64,000 nt of DNA from Chitinophagales bacterium (GCA_038239385.1 JBBSEV010000016.1:14534-78533); one strand, 5' to 3'; shown: positions 38,204 to 47,846, counted from the stretch's first letter. Notes: generated by a model from the sequence alone, not told the origin. Translations and numbers: made by a program.

Positions 38204-38542
38204 CTTTTAACTAATGAAAATCGTGCATTTATCATTCGCCTATACCTTTCATCGTAAATATTATTATGAAAAGTTTACTTAGTTCTTTTATCATTTAAAG
38301 TTTGTATCGTTAGCTAACTGTGGCTTCTGTTAGTTTGAGAGTTGCGGAGGATAGCTGGGGGGATGACCAAAGAAATGATAAAAAAAATGGTTAATCTGTA
38401 TTCCAAATCTTTTTCAGAAAAAGAGTTGATTGAAAATGGGGATTTGTTGTTTTACCGAAATCATTAAAAAAAAAATACATGTTTTCTTAAGCAATGAGAA
38501 TAAAATTAAGAGTAATTATCTGGCTGCATCCCCGGCTTCCTG

Positions 38543-39631
38543 TTACATTTCAGAAATAGCGCCGGGCGGAAAGGTTAATACAATTTCGAGTTCATCTGAT
38601 GCGGTATAATTAACCTCTTTTGTTTTAAAAGGGATCAAAAATTTGTCTCCTTTTTTTACCCTAATACTTTCTGCTCCTGCTTCAATAATTCCTTCTCCAC
38701 GGGTGACTATACCAACATGAAAACCTTCAGACTTACGAATGAATTTACCATTTATTTTTAGCCTGCGTACAGAAAAACAAAGTGTCTGTTCTTTACCTAT
38801 CAAGATCCATTCTTCAAAATTATTTTCTTTACATATTAATACAGGATTAGAAAAATATTGTTGCTTTACCTGTTCAACCGGTAATGATTTAAATTCGATC
38901 ATATCCATTGCAAAATCAACACCACGGCCCATAAAGCGGGCTTCTTCCGGCAATACATAAGCGCCTCTTTCAAACTCTAAGCGAACAACTAAATCTGTTG
39001 GCTCCATTATCTCTATCATAAATACACCTTCTCCAATGGCATGTGGCAATCCGCCGTGAACTATAAATACATCGCCGGGTTGTATGTATATTTTTTCAAA
39101 GCATGATAATATTTTTTCGCTATCCTGGTTTATAACGGCCTGCTTAAAATCATTTTTTGAAACAGGATGCTGAAACCCCAGGTATATGTAAGGATCACTA
39201 ACTTCTTCACGAATATGAAGAATAACATAAGCTTCTGTTTTGCCAGAATTGCTATTGAGATGTTTTTGTGAAAATGCAATAGTGGGATGAGCCTGTATGT
39301 GCAATCGTATGGCAGAGTCAATAAATTTTAGAAGGAACTGTGTGTTTGCGCCGTATTTTTTATAATGACTTTCACCCAACATTTCGGAAGGATATTCTTT
39401 CATCAAATCTTTTAATAAATATTCTTCACCACTCACTTCTACTTTGGAATATCCTTCCTCAAATTCTTCCCTTCCTTTGTTTACAGCACGTGTTGTGCTG
39501 GAAATCCAGTCTTCAGCAAAATGACTGTCTTCAACAGTTGATTTGCCTTCCAACTGATCCAACGTTTTGCCACCCGGATAAGTACGCCATACACGGTTGG
39601 GAGATAATAATATAATGCCGGGAATATTCAT
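38543..39631 (-). CDS. manA: Class I mannose-6-phosphate isomerase (cupin)
   Basis: Motifs LHIQAHP, GKTEAYVIL, GLPHAIGEG and IEIMEPTDLV. Confidence 0.72.
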   Translation of the reverse strand: MNIPGIILLSPNRVWRTYPGGKTLDQLEGKSTVEDSHFAEDWISSTTRAVNKGREEFEEGYSKVEVSGEEYLLKDLMKEYPSEMLGESHYKKYGANTQFLLKFIDSAIRLHIQAHPTIAFSQKHLNSNSGKTEAYVILHIREEVSDPYIYLGFQHPVSKNDFKQAVINQDSEKILSCFEKIYIQPGDVFIVHGGLPHAIGEGVFMIEIMEPTDLVVRLEFERGAYVLPEEARFMGRGVDFAMDMIEFKSLPVEQVKQQYFSNPVLICKENNFEEWILIGKEQTLCFSVRRLKINGKFIRKSEGFHVGIVTRGEGIIEAGAESIRVKKGDKFLIPFKTKEVNYTASDELEIVLTFPPGAISEM

Positions 39632-39635
39632 TTGT

Positions 39636-40934
39636 TCATCTTATTTTACTCAGCTTAAATGCAAAAAGAGAAATAAATGCATAGCAGATAATTGGCAGAT
39701 AATAGGCTGCTGCAATATTATGATTGGCAACCAATCCCATCAATGGAGGAAAGACTGCTCCACCGGCAACACCCAACACAATAAAAGAAGAAGCCTGTGG
39801 TTTATGCGGACCAAGATCTTTCAACCCAAGACTATAAATAGTTGGAACCATAATGCTGAAGAAAAAATTAAGCATGATGAGTGCAACAAAAGAAGGCCAT
39901 CCAAAACTTTGGGCTACCAATAAACACATCACTATATTGCACAAGGCAAATGTGCCAAGCAATTTATTAGGTTCAATAAAACGCATAGTATATGCACCGG
40001 CAAAACGTCCGCCCATTTTTAATAACATGCTAAACGAAAAAAAGTAGGCGGCTTTCTCGCTTGTAAAATTCATTTTTTCTACACCGTAATTTATAAAGAA
40101 TGCCCATGTGCCGCCTTGTGCCGCCACATTAAAAAACTGTGCCGCTATAGCCCATTTAAAATGTGTATGTTGAAATAATTTCTTAGTATGTTTTAGCTCC
40201 CGCAGATCTGTTGCTACCGCTAATGAATCTGCATCGGCACTTACTTTTATATCAGGCGTTTCAGTTATAGGAGGAATTTTTAAAAAGAAAAACGCAGCAG
40301 CAATTAACAACAGCAATGTTCCTATCACGGTGTATAAAATCTTAACCGACTCAAGATCGTTTGAATGTGCAGCACGTAAAATAAAATAACCTCCAAGTCC
40401 TGAACCCAGTACTCCCCCCAGGCCATTGAAGCCTTGCGCAAAATTAAGACGCTGTGCACTGCTGCTTTGTGCTCCTAATACTGCAACAAAAGGATGCGCT
40501 ACCGTTTCCATTGTTGCAAGGCCGCATGCGAGTACAAAAAGAGCAACACGAAAAAAGGTAAATGATTCTGCATTAGCTGCAGGTATAAATAAAAATGCGC
40601 CGGTAGCATAAAGCAACAACCCAAGCAGTACGCCATTTTTATAGCCAAATTTTTTCATGAATAAACCTGCCGGAATTCCCATGACTGCATAAGCACCAAA
40701 CATAGAAAACTGTACAAGCGCCGATCTTGATTTGGATATATGCAACACTTTTTGAAAATGCCTGTTAAGCACGTCACCCATGGTTATGGCAATACCCCAC
40801 AACAAAAAAAGAGATACTACAAAAGCCAATGTAACGATGTAACGCTTTTCTGTAAAAGGCGCTCTTTTTAGTGGCGGTTTATCAGCGGCTTTGTTATTAT
40901 GATCTTTTCCTGAAGCAGCAATAGATTCTGACAT
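39636..40934 (-). CDS. Sugar MFS transporter (FucP / glucose-galactose transporter family)
   Basis: 432 aa, 12 TM helices. The N-terminal region and loop pattern are typical of the FucP/GluP family. Lies 4 nt upstream of manA. Confidence 0.78.
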   Translation of the reverse strand: MSESIAASGKDHNNKAADKPPLKRAPFTEKRYIVTLAFVVSLFLLWGIAITMGDVLNRHFQKVLHISKSRSALVQFSMFGAYAVMGIPAGLFMKKFGYKNGVLLGLLLYATGAFLFIPAANAESFTFFRVALFVLACGLATMETVAHPFVAVLGAQSSSAQRLNFAQGFNGLGGVLGSGLGGYFILRAAHSNDLESVKILYTVIGTLLLLIAAAFFFLKIPPITETPDIKVSADADSLAVATDLRELKHTKKLFQHTHFKWAIAAQFFNVAAQGGTWAFFINYGVEKMNFTSEKAAYFFSFSMLLKMGGRFAGAYTMRFIEPNKLLGTFALCNIVMCLLVAQSFGWPSFVALIMLNFFFSIMVPTIYSLGLKDLGPHKPQASSFIVLGVAGGAVFPPLMGLVANHNIAAAYYLPIICYAFISLFAFKLSKIR

Positions 40935-41091
40935 GATAAATTATGAAAGACCAATTTATTCAAATAAATGATACTGGTAATGTAAACTTTGAATTTGTTT
41001 ATCTTGTTTCCAGTATTAAGTTTTCTGTATACTTTGTGAAACAATAAAACCCTGATCATTAATAAAGGTTATAAAGCATCAACCACACTCA

Positions 41092-41817
41092 ATGGAATAT
41101 CTAACTAAATCATTTACAAAATACCTGGTAAAGTCAACTGCAATTTGCGCTTTGTTTATCAGCTCTTTTGGGTTTTACAAAGCTCGTAAGGTTATCCAGA
41201 TTGACGTAAAAACACTTTTAAATGCCCGGTGTGTAACTACATTCACCGGAGGGAAATTAGTAACATGGACAAAAGGAATAGATAAAGACAACGGATATTT
41301 AACCATGGCTGCCGCAGACTTTAATAATGATAAAGATCCTCATGCCTTGCCTGATAATTCTTTATTCCCCGCCAATCAATGGCACCCGGAAATATTATTG
41401 CATTATTCAAATGAAGACGGAACGCAAAATCAAACGAGGTGTATTGAGGATAGCGGGGAATTTATCATCACAGTTCCCAGGCACAAATATTCTGATCTCT
41501 ATCTCAGCCTCACAAGTTCCTATGGTACATCGTCGCTTTACTTTGAGCTCACTTATACAGACGGTGTTGAATTGCGAAATTTTATTGTACCTGATTGGTT
41601 TAAAGATATTCCTGAAAAAGATCCTGATTTTAGTTATGTAGTCCACGACATGGGCAAATGGGGCAACAGTAATAATTTAAAAGAAAAAGATCATCATAAT
41701 ATTGATGCTCTTAATATTCATCCAAATCCTAAACGCATTCTCACTGCAGTAAAATTAAAAAAATCACCTGGCGGATATTTGGTTTTTTGGGCGGCAACAG
41801 GAGTTTTAAAAAGTTAA
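41092..41817 (+). CDS. Hypothetical secreted or membrane-anchored protein
   Basis: N-terminal hydrophobic segment (STAICALFISSFGF). I recognise no family. Confidence 0.5.
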   Translation: MEYLTKSFTKYLVKSTAICALFISSFGFYKARKVIQIDVKTLLNARCVTTFTGGKLVTWTKGIDKDNGYLTMAAADFNNDKDPHALPDNSLFPANQWHPEILLHYSNEDGTQNQTRCIEDSGEFIITVPRHKYSDLYLSLTSSYGTSSLYFELTYTDGVELRNFIVPDWFKDIPEKDPDFSYVVHDMGKWGNSNNLKEKDHHNIDALNIHPNPKRILTAVKLKKSPGGYLVFWAATGVLKS

Positions 41818-41994
41818 TAAGATGCAGTTCGAATAATATTAATTTACAAGTCTGCTATCAGATCGGTGGTGTTAATCATCAGTTACAAGCCGTCAGATAA
41901 TTTACCTTAACTCATTCAATGTCTAAGAAATCTTAAAGTTAATAACAAGCTCTTATTTTTCTAAAACGATATACCGTGTGCTGTGTTGCTACTT

Positions 41995-42096
41995 TCAATT
42001 GCCGTTTTTCCTGGGTTCCTGTCTTATAGCAAAATAAAATCCAAAGCCAAATAATAATGTAATCAGGCCTGCAAAGTATGGAATAAATTCAGTCAT
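41995..42096 (-). CDS. Putative 33-aa single-TM peptide
   Basis: Peptide MTEFIPYFAGLITLLFGFGFYFAIRQEPRKNGN. Its ATG (42094-42096) overlaps the 3' end of the 60-aa ORF by 8 nt. Confidence 0.3.
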   Translation of the reverse strand: MTEFIPYFAGLITLLFGFGFYFAIRQEPRKNGN

Positions 42097-42271
42097 TTTT
42101 GGGATTTAGAAATTTTAAATAAATGGCGAACCCTAATATTGATGGCACCCATAGCCCAACAAAAATTGCTCCTTCCTTATTTCCCATAAACCATAGAGTT
42201 TCTGAAAAGACGAGAGAAAGAAATGCTGAAAGAAGCATCAATATATCAGCACTTGTTAGTTTTTTAAACAT
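42089..42271 (-). CDS. Putative 60-aa two-TM small membrane protein
   Basis: Peptide MFKKLTSADILMLLSAFLSLVFSETLWFMGNKEGAIFVGLWVPSILGFAIYLKFLNPKND has two hydrophobic helices. Confidence 0.45.
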   Translation of the reverse strand: MFKKLTSADILMLLSAFLSLVFSETLWFMGNKEGAIFVGLWVPSILGFAIYLKFLNPKND

Positions 42272-42647
42272 AAAAATTTGGTTTGTTTACTGTTAGATTT
42301 AATAATCAATTTATTTTTTAGTCCTGTTCCCGAATGCTGTTTTTACTGTTCAAGAGCCCATTCAGAAACATAATCCTTATACGGTGTACTTATTTAGACA
42401 CATAGCAACAACAAAACATGAATTTTGTTTAATGTTTTATGATTATGACTTCTAATCCAATTAAATGATAGTGATTTGTAATCTTCCCCGTTGATCGTGC
42501 AAGTTTTGTAGCAGAGGTTTTGACAGCTAGCTATGCTTGTGCCATTGACCAATATAGCCGGGGACTGTAAAAATTTATTATTATTGTGCCACGTTTTCAA
42601 TTTATTATTTATCAGGTGAACGACAAAAAGATAAATGGAATCCTAAT

Positions 42648-43697
42648 ATGACCAAACTTTCTCCAGTAAATAAAAAAGAAATAGGGCGCGAATATATTTC
42701 CGGAGATGAGGACGCTATCATTAGCGAAATGATTGAAGAAATGAAAGTACAGCTTACGCAATTATATCAAAATACAAAGACACTCAGGCAGGTTCATACA
42801 AAAATGCACGGTTGTGTAAAAGCAGTATTTACTGTAGTTCCCGGCCTTTCCAACGAATTAAAGTTGGGAATTTTTAAAGAACCTATTACATATCCAGCAT
42901 GGATAAGATTTTCTAATGCAAGTACTATCGTGCAGCATGACAGGAAAAAAGATATAAGAGGCATCGCCATTAAACTAATGAATGTTCCCGGAGAAAAGCT
43001 TTTAAAAAATCATCATTCCGAGCAGACACAGGATTTTCTATTAATGAGCCATGAAACTTTCTTTTCAAAAAATATAGCGCAATTCAGGTATTTACTAAAA
43101 GCCGCTACGACAAAAAACAAATTGAAGCTTGTATCTTATTTTCTTAATCCTTTACATTGGGTCCTGTTAAAGAGATTGCTCAAATCAAATATTCGCTGTA
43201 CCAATCCATTTGAAATACCCTATTGGAGTACGCAGCCTTACCGGTATGGGAATGATTCCACCGCTGTAAAGTACTTTTTAAAACCATCAATAGGTAATGA
43301 ACTTATTATTGAAGATACAAGTGATCATAATTACCTGCGTATAAACATGGCAAAAACATTAGAGGTGAATGAAATTCGATTTGATTTCTTTATACAATTT
43401 CAAACAGATGCGGACAAAATGCCGATAGAAAACCCGACAATCGCATGGACATCGCCATTTATTAAAGTTGCTGAGATAAAAATTTTGAAACAGGTTTTTA
43501 ATACACCTGCACAAATGGAATTCGCAGATAACTTGTCCTTTGATATTTGGCACTCTCTCCCTGAACACAGGCCACTCGGTAATTTTAACCGTGTAAGAAA
43601 GCAGGCATATGAAGAGCTCTCAAAGTTTCGCCACGAACGTAACCATACTCCTGTTTTTGAACCAATAGCGGGGCCTGATTTTTTTGAAACTATTTAA
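42648..43697 (+). CDS. Catalase-related small haem protein (mini-catalase)
   Basis: 349 aa. Distal-His motif RQVHTKMHG (compare catalase RVVHAKGAG), IRFSNAS...DIRGIAIKL (compare RFS...D.RGFA.KF), and a proximal-Tyr motif RVRKQAYEELSKFR. Confidence 0.75.
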   Translation: MTKLSPVNKKEIGREYISGDEDAIISEMIEEMKVQLTQLYQNTKTLRQVHTKMHGCVKAVFTVVPGLSNELKLGIFKEPITYPAWIRFSNASTIVQHDRKKDIRGIAIKLMNVPGEKLLKNHHSEQTQDFLLMSHETFFSKNIAQFRYLLKAATTKNKLKLVSYFLNPLHWVLLKRLLKSNIRCTNPFEIPYWSTQPYRYGNDSTAVKYFLKPSIGNELIIEDTSDHNYLRINMAKTLEVNEIRFDFFIQFQTDADKMPIENPTIAWTSPFIKVAEIKILKQVFNTPAQMEFADNLSFDIWHSLPEHRPLGNFNRVRKQAYEELSKFRHERNHTPVFEPIAGPDFFETI

Positions 43698-43885
43698 TTG
43701 CTGATGTAAGTATTGAACCGCCTGCTCAAAAGGGTTGTTGAACTTACGTATAACCCGTGCAAGGGTTTTGAGTAAAAATGAAATGGACAAAACGGTTCAG
43801 GATTTTCAAATAGAAAAGTTATTTGGGTTCAGATTTATTTACATATAAAACTATAGCAGATGTTTTTTTGCAATAAAATATTCAA

Positions 43886-45295
43886 TTAAATCGTACTCAA
43901 ATAATCGACGACAGTCACAGAAGGAAAAAAGAAATACGCACCTCCCTTTACAGTTACAAAACTTTTCAATCCCGTAATATATTTATTAGCTATTTCCTGT
44001 GGAATGGTGAACTTTTGTTCAATCCCGTTATCAAGGTTTTCCCTTACTCCAATAAAAGGATCTGGGTCAGCATACAATTGTTTAAACTTTGGATAATTGG
44101 CCCAGGTATATTGAATAAATTCAAATTGACGTGAAATATCCGCGTTAAAACAACCAAATAATATCCCTACTTCATTATCCGGTGTATGATGTGTTGCGGA
44201 GCCGGTAAACATTTCTCCATATGAACGTACTCTACGCATTATGCGATGTTTTTTTGTAAGCCGTAATGATTCCAAAGGGCCTGTTTCTTCAAAATTATCC
44301 CTGGGATTTGTACGACGGATGTGTGAACCAAACGGACATTTCAACCCAAGTTTGTCCGTATCCATATAATTAAAATCATTGTCATCACTTATTATGCCCG
44401 GATCTTTATCAGGAAATTTTACCAGTGGTGCGCCACCTGGCCATCGCCCCATCATCTTTGCTGCCAGCTTTGTACTTGCCTCGGCATTCAGCGTACCATC
44501 TTCATTTTTACTTTTTTCATTTAGAAAATTCCAGAAGCCATTTACATCTTCTTTGAGTTGGCGAAGTACAAAATATGTCCCGTTGCGACCCAGATCTTTA
44601 TAACCTGTGCCGCCAGCATCGTCGAAAAGCATTTGTACATTTCCCTGGCTCTCTTTAATAAGGGGGGTATCGGGATATACATTATATTCATTTTTATATC
44701 CCATTATAAATTCGCCGGGCTCTATGTTATCATTTCTAATTCCATTTACCCCGGTACCGATAATAGCTGGTTGGGCAATACTCTCTCTAAAACCAAAATG
44801 TTCCCGGCCTTCCGGGAAGGTTTCCCCATCCAAAATGAAAATCTCCTTCAATCCATGCTGCTCAAATTCTTCACGCATGTGTTTGAAATGTGTATTTATT
44901 TTTTCTTCATCCCGGTCAAAAATCATCAATATTATATGGATGACTTCATTATTAGGGCCACCCCAATTCCAGTTTTCCGGGCTGTTGCTGTTATAGTCTC
45001 CTAAAAGTCTTTGCCGGTGAGGAGTTACCATCCCTTCCCGGAATTCTCTTATAAAGGAGCGAATATTATTTTGTGCTAACTCCAATGCTTCGAGCCCTGC
45101 ACTTGTAAAACCAATATTCAAATAGCTATCCTTTATTTCGTTAGTAACAGTTGTAATTTTTTTTGCCGTCGCTTTAATAAAAATCTTGGCTTTATTTACA
45201 TCTGCAATTTGTAAAAGAAAATATTTTGAATAAGACATCTCTTTATAATCTCTTACCAGGAAGCCCTGGATTTCCGAAAGTTCCAGTTGTTGCAT
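43886..45295 (-). CDS. DyP-type peroxidase (long form, about 469 aa)
   Basis: N-terminal LSEIQGFLV, then EHFGFRESIAQP, the proximal-His motif GSHIRRTNPRD, IMRRVRSYG and FGCFNADISRQFEFIQ. Confidence 0.85.
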   Translation of the reverse strand: MQQLELSEIQGFLVRDYKEMSYSKYFLLQIADVNKAKIFIKATAKKITTVTNEIKDSYLNIGFTSAGLEALELAQNNIRSFIREFREGMVTPHRQRLLGDYNSNSPENWNWGGPNNEVIHIILMIFDRDEEKINTHFKHMREEFEQHGLKEIFILDGETFPEGREHFGFRESIAQPAIIGTGVNGIRNDNIEPGEFIMGYKNEYNVYPDTPLIKESQGNVQMLFDDAGGTGYKDLGRNGTYFVLRQLKEDVNGFWNFLNEKSKNEDGTLNAEASTKLAAKMMGRWPGGAPLVKFPDKDPGIISDDNDFNYMDTDKLGLKCPFGSHIRRTNPRDNFEETGPLESLRLTKKHRIMRRVRSYGEMFTGSATHHTPDNEVGILFGCFNADISRQFEFIQYTWANYPKFKQLYADPDPFIGVRENLDNGIEQKFTIPQEIANKYITGLKSFVTVKGGAYFFFPSVTVVDYLSTI

Positions 45296-45306
45296 TAGTT
45301 ATTATT

Positions 45307-46569
45307 TTAAAATCTTTTAAGAAACAATTGCGCCTGTTTTTCAGTGAGATTTTCACGCAATTCGTTTCTTATTAAAGTATTATTCACAATATTTTTTATG
45401 GAAAGATGATGGTAGGCACTGTACCATACCTGGGTAAGTATTTGTGTGCCACGGCTCCAGGCCAAAAAATGTTCTTCGTCATAGGCGCCATGTGTAAACA
45501 AAAATTTTGTTCTTGGAAAATTCATTGTATTACTGAAAATGCCGGTTAGCCCCCATCCTGATTTATCTATAAAATCACAAAGATATTGATTCCAGCTTCC
45601 GTCAAAATTGCTAAAGAACATCATATGTTTATGGTTATCTATTAAAACCCACCGGGCAAAATGTATAGTGGGAATGCCCATCAACTTTCCCTTAACAAAG
45701 AAATTTTTTATTAACGTCCTTGCAAATAACATCAGTGCCTGAACTGTTATCAGCCTGACCATGCCGGGCTTCATTACTAATACCTGGGTAAATTGATTTT
45801 GATTGAACAAATCTTCATCACATTCGAGCCTGCGTACCAAATCGTCATTGAGTTCGCTGCGCTTAACCTCGCAGTTAGTGTCCCTTCGCTCATAAAAAAA
45901 ATGCAGTATTAAAATCCAGATAATTATTACCGGCAAGAGAATCAAAATAATTAAAGACATAATGATCATACCGGGCCAGTTTACGGAAGCTATTGCATCT
46001 CGTTTTTTTGACCATTCAAATTCAGGGTTTGTGTCTACCTTTTGCTGAATTAACTTTTGTATTTCAAGGGCCGATCTGCCCTCCCAATTATTTTCGTTTA
46101 TAATGTCCCAGATATAATCTTTTAACCTGTCCTCCTGCTTTATTTGTTGTAAGCTTCTGCCTGGCGCACCAACATAAAAAGCGGATGTATTTACTTTCCA
46201 TTTTGCGAGGTAATTTTTCCTGGTTTCCGTATTTCTTACACCAGGCTCCGGATAACCTTCGCAACATTCATACAATTCATCAAAATATTCAGGGAAAACG
46301 CTTACCAGGCCAATTAAATGCACTTCTTCACTCCCATCGAAGTTCGATGAGAATACTAATCTTTCGGGTATTGGAAAAGCAGTTTTATCCCTAAAAGAAT
46401 CCTCCCGTAACACAAACCATCGTGCATAATGAAGAGTACCAAGCTGATTGAATCTTTCATTGAGCCCGGTATTAAGCCCTACTTTAAATTTCTCAAGTAT
46501 TTCATTAAGTTTCTCAAAGCAATCTTTTCTTACAGGTGTAAGTAATGTTATTGGGTTTTGGTAGATCAT
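45307..46569 (-). CDS. Uncharacterised, internally duplicated protein with a central TM helix, co-operonic with DyP
   Basis: 420 aa. The two halves share GTLHYARWFVL...LVFSSNFDGS and PTIHFARWVLI...MMFFSNFDGS. The central hydrophobic helix is MIIMSLIILILLPVIIIWILILHFF. The stop lies 11 nt before the DyP start. Confidence 0.75.
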   Translation of the reverse strand: MIYQNPITLLTPVRKDCFEKLNEILEKFKVGLNTGLNERFNQLGTLHYARWFVLREDSFRDKTAFPIPERLVFSSNFDGSEEVHLIGLVSVFPEYFDELYECCEGYPEPGVRNTETRKNYLAKWKVNTSAFYVGAPGRSLQQIKQEDRLKDYIWDIINENNWEGRSALEIQKLIQQKVDTNPEFEWSKKRDAIASVNWPGMIIMSLIILILLPVIIIWILILHFFYERRDTNCEVKRSELNDDLVRRLECDEDLFNQNQFTQVLVMKPGMVRLITVQALMLFARTLIKNFFVKGKLMGIPTIHFARWVLIDNHKHMMFFSNFDGSWNQYLCDFIDKSGWGLTGIFSNTMNFPRTKFLFTHGAYDEEHFLAWSRGTQILTQVWYSAYHHLSIKNIVNNTLIRNELRENLTEKQAQLFLKRF

Positions 46570-46649
46570 TTCTAAAATATTAAATGCAAATTATTTATTT
46601 TCAGTGAATTTAATTTACCCCGGTTATAAATCGATATGTATATCCATTA

Positions 46650-46865
46650 AATTATTAGTTCATTATTCTCACTATTATCTGTAAAATTAAAGACGGTACT
46701 TCATGTTCTGCCGGATGCAGGTTAACAGATGTAACCCTTTTGAAGTAATTCTTCCGTAGCTTCTGATTAATAAAACCTTCATCGGCAAAAGCCCATCCTT
46801 TAAGTTTTGAAAATAATTTTATCATAGTAGATAAAAAAGTTTTGTAGTTACTCTGGTGCCGGATC
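46650..46865 (-). mobile_element. IS982-like transposase fragment (frameshifted remnant); boundaries approximate
   Basis: The minus-strand frames read ...LFSKLKGWAFADEGFINQKLRK and, after a frameshift, KGLHLLTCIRQNMKYRL*. These match the IS982-type GDKGYIS...GI.LIT.IRKNMK region. Confidence 0.5.
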
Positions 46866-47629
46866 TCCAGCCTAATTGAATTTGTTGATCACCGATAATG
46901 GCGGAATCTTTAGACACTTGATATTGTTGTATAACCGTATAAGTAAAGAGCTTATTAAGACGGGTGACCCAGGTTATACCTTCACTACTAAATCGATTTA
47001 AAGTTGCAAAATCACGATATCCCCGGTCAAAAACAATTATTGAACCCTTTGGAAGATTAACCTGTTTTAAAAATTGTGAATCGTTGGCTGCCGCTTCCGT
47101 AATGCGTACCATGGAAGGAACATCCTGATCACTTCTTATAAGTGAGTGCACTTTAATACCGCCCTTTCTCTTTCCACTTACAGGAATTTTACGTGAAGTC
47201 CGCAGCACTTCCTGAAAAAGAGAAATAACTGTGCTATCGATAATGTATAATCTGGAAGCGTTACTTTTTTTTCGGCTGTCCGATAAAAAAGAAGCATATA
47301 GCTTAAAAAGAGAACTATAAATCTCGCCGAATACTTCTTCGTTTCTTCGTGTATTCGCATCTGATATAGTGCTATGTCTTGGGTGATAACGAATGCCAAG
47401 ATGTGATAAACGCTTTTCCGAAGCTATCATGCCGGTTGTAACTTCTCTTAGCGAGTTACAATTATTGAAGAAGGAATATAGTATCGTAACCAAATGCCCA
47501 TAAGTAGTAAAACGTTTGCAATATCTTTCGGCATGATTCTGCATTGTAATATAAAGGATACTATCTTTTGGAATGAATTTCAAAAGCTGAGTAAAGATCG
47601 GCTGTCCGCTAAAAAGTACTTTTGTTCAT
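46822..47629 (-). pseudogene. IS4-family (DUF4372 N-terminus) transposase pseudogene, frameshifted near the start and 3'-truncated
   Basis: The ATG at 47629 reads MNKSTF*. Shifting one frame within a T-run continues GQPIFTQLLKFIPKDS.... DDE residues sit in YIIDSTVISL and VFDRGYRDF, but the catalytic E region is missing. The tail runs into the IS982-like fragment. Confidence 0.7.
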
Positions 47630-47846
47630 GTTGGAATGTTTTAAGTGTGGTAACTCAAAACTACCAACAATTGGGAGGCTTCATGGTCTCCTTTTTTATA
47701 AATGAAATACTTTTACGGGACAGCAATAGTTTTAAAGTAAGGACAGCACCACTTGTTAATTTTGGTATAACGGCGAATAGCGGGAAGAAGATATAGATAT
47801 TAACACGTTTGACGATAAAATGGACAGATAAAATTTACTAAGGAAT

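Noticed and set aside
41327-41646. 104-aa (+) and 79-aa (-) ORFs inside the 241-aa hypothetical gene.
   Set aside because: They are alternative-frame or antisense overlaps with no signal or motif. The longer frame, with an N-terminal hydrophobic segment, is preferred.
42394-42600. 68-aa minus-strand ORF upstream of the mini-catalase gene.
   Set aside because: No recognisable features. It sits in the likely promoter region, and I cannot support coding.
44558-45004. Two overlapping plus-strand ORFs (148 and 129 aa).
   Set aside because: Both are antisense to the DyP peroxidase gene, which has strong family motifs. Neither has independent support.
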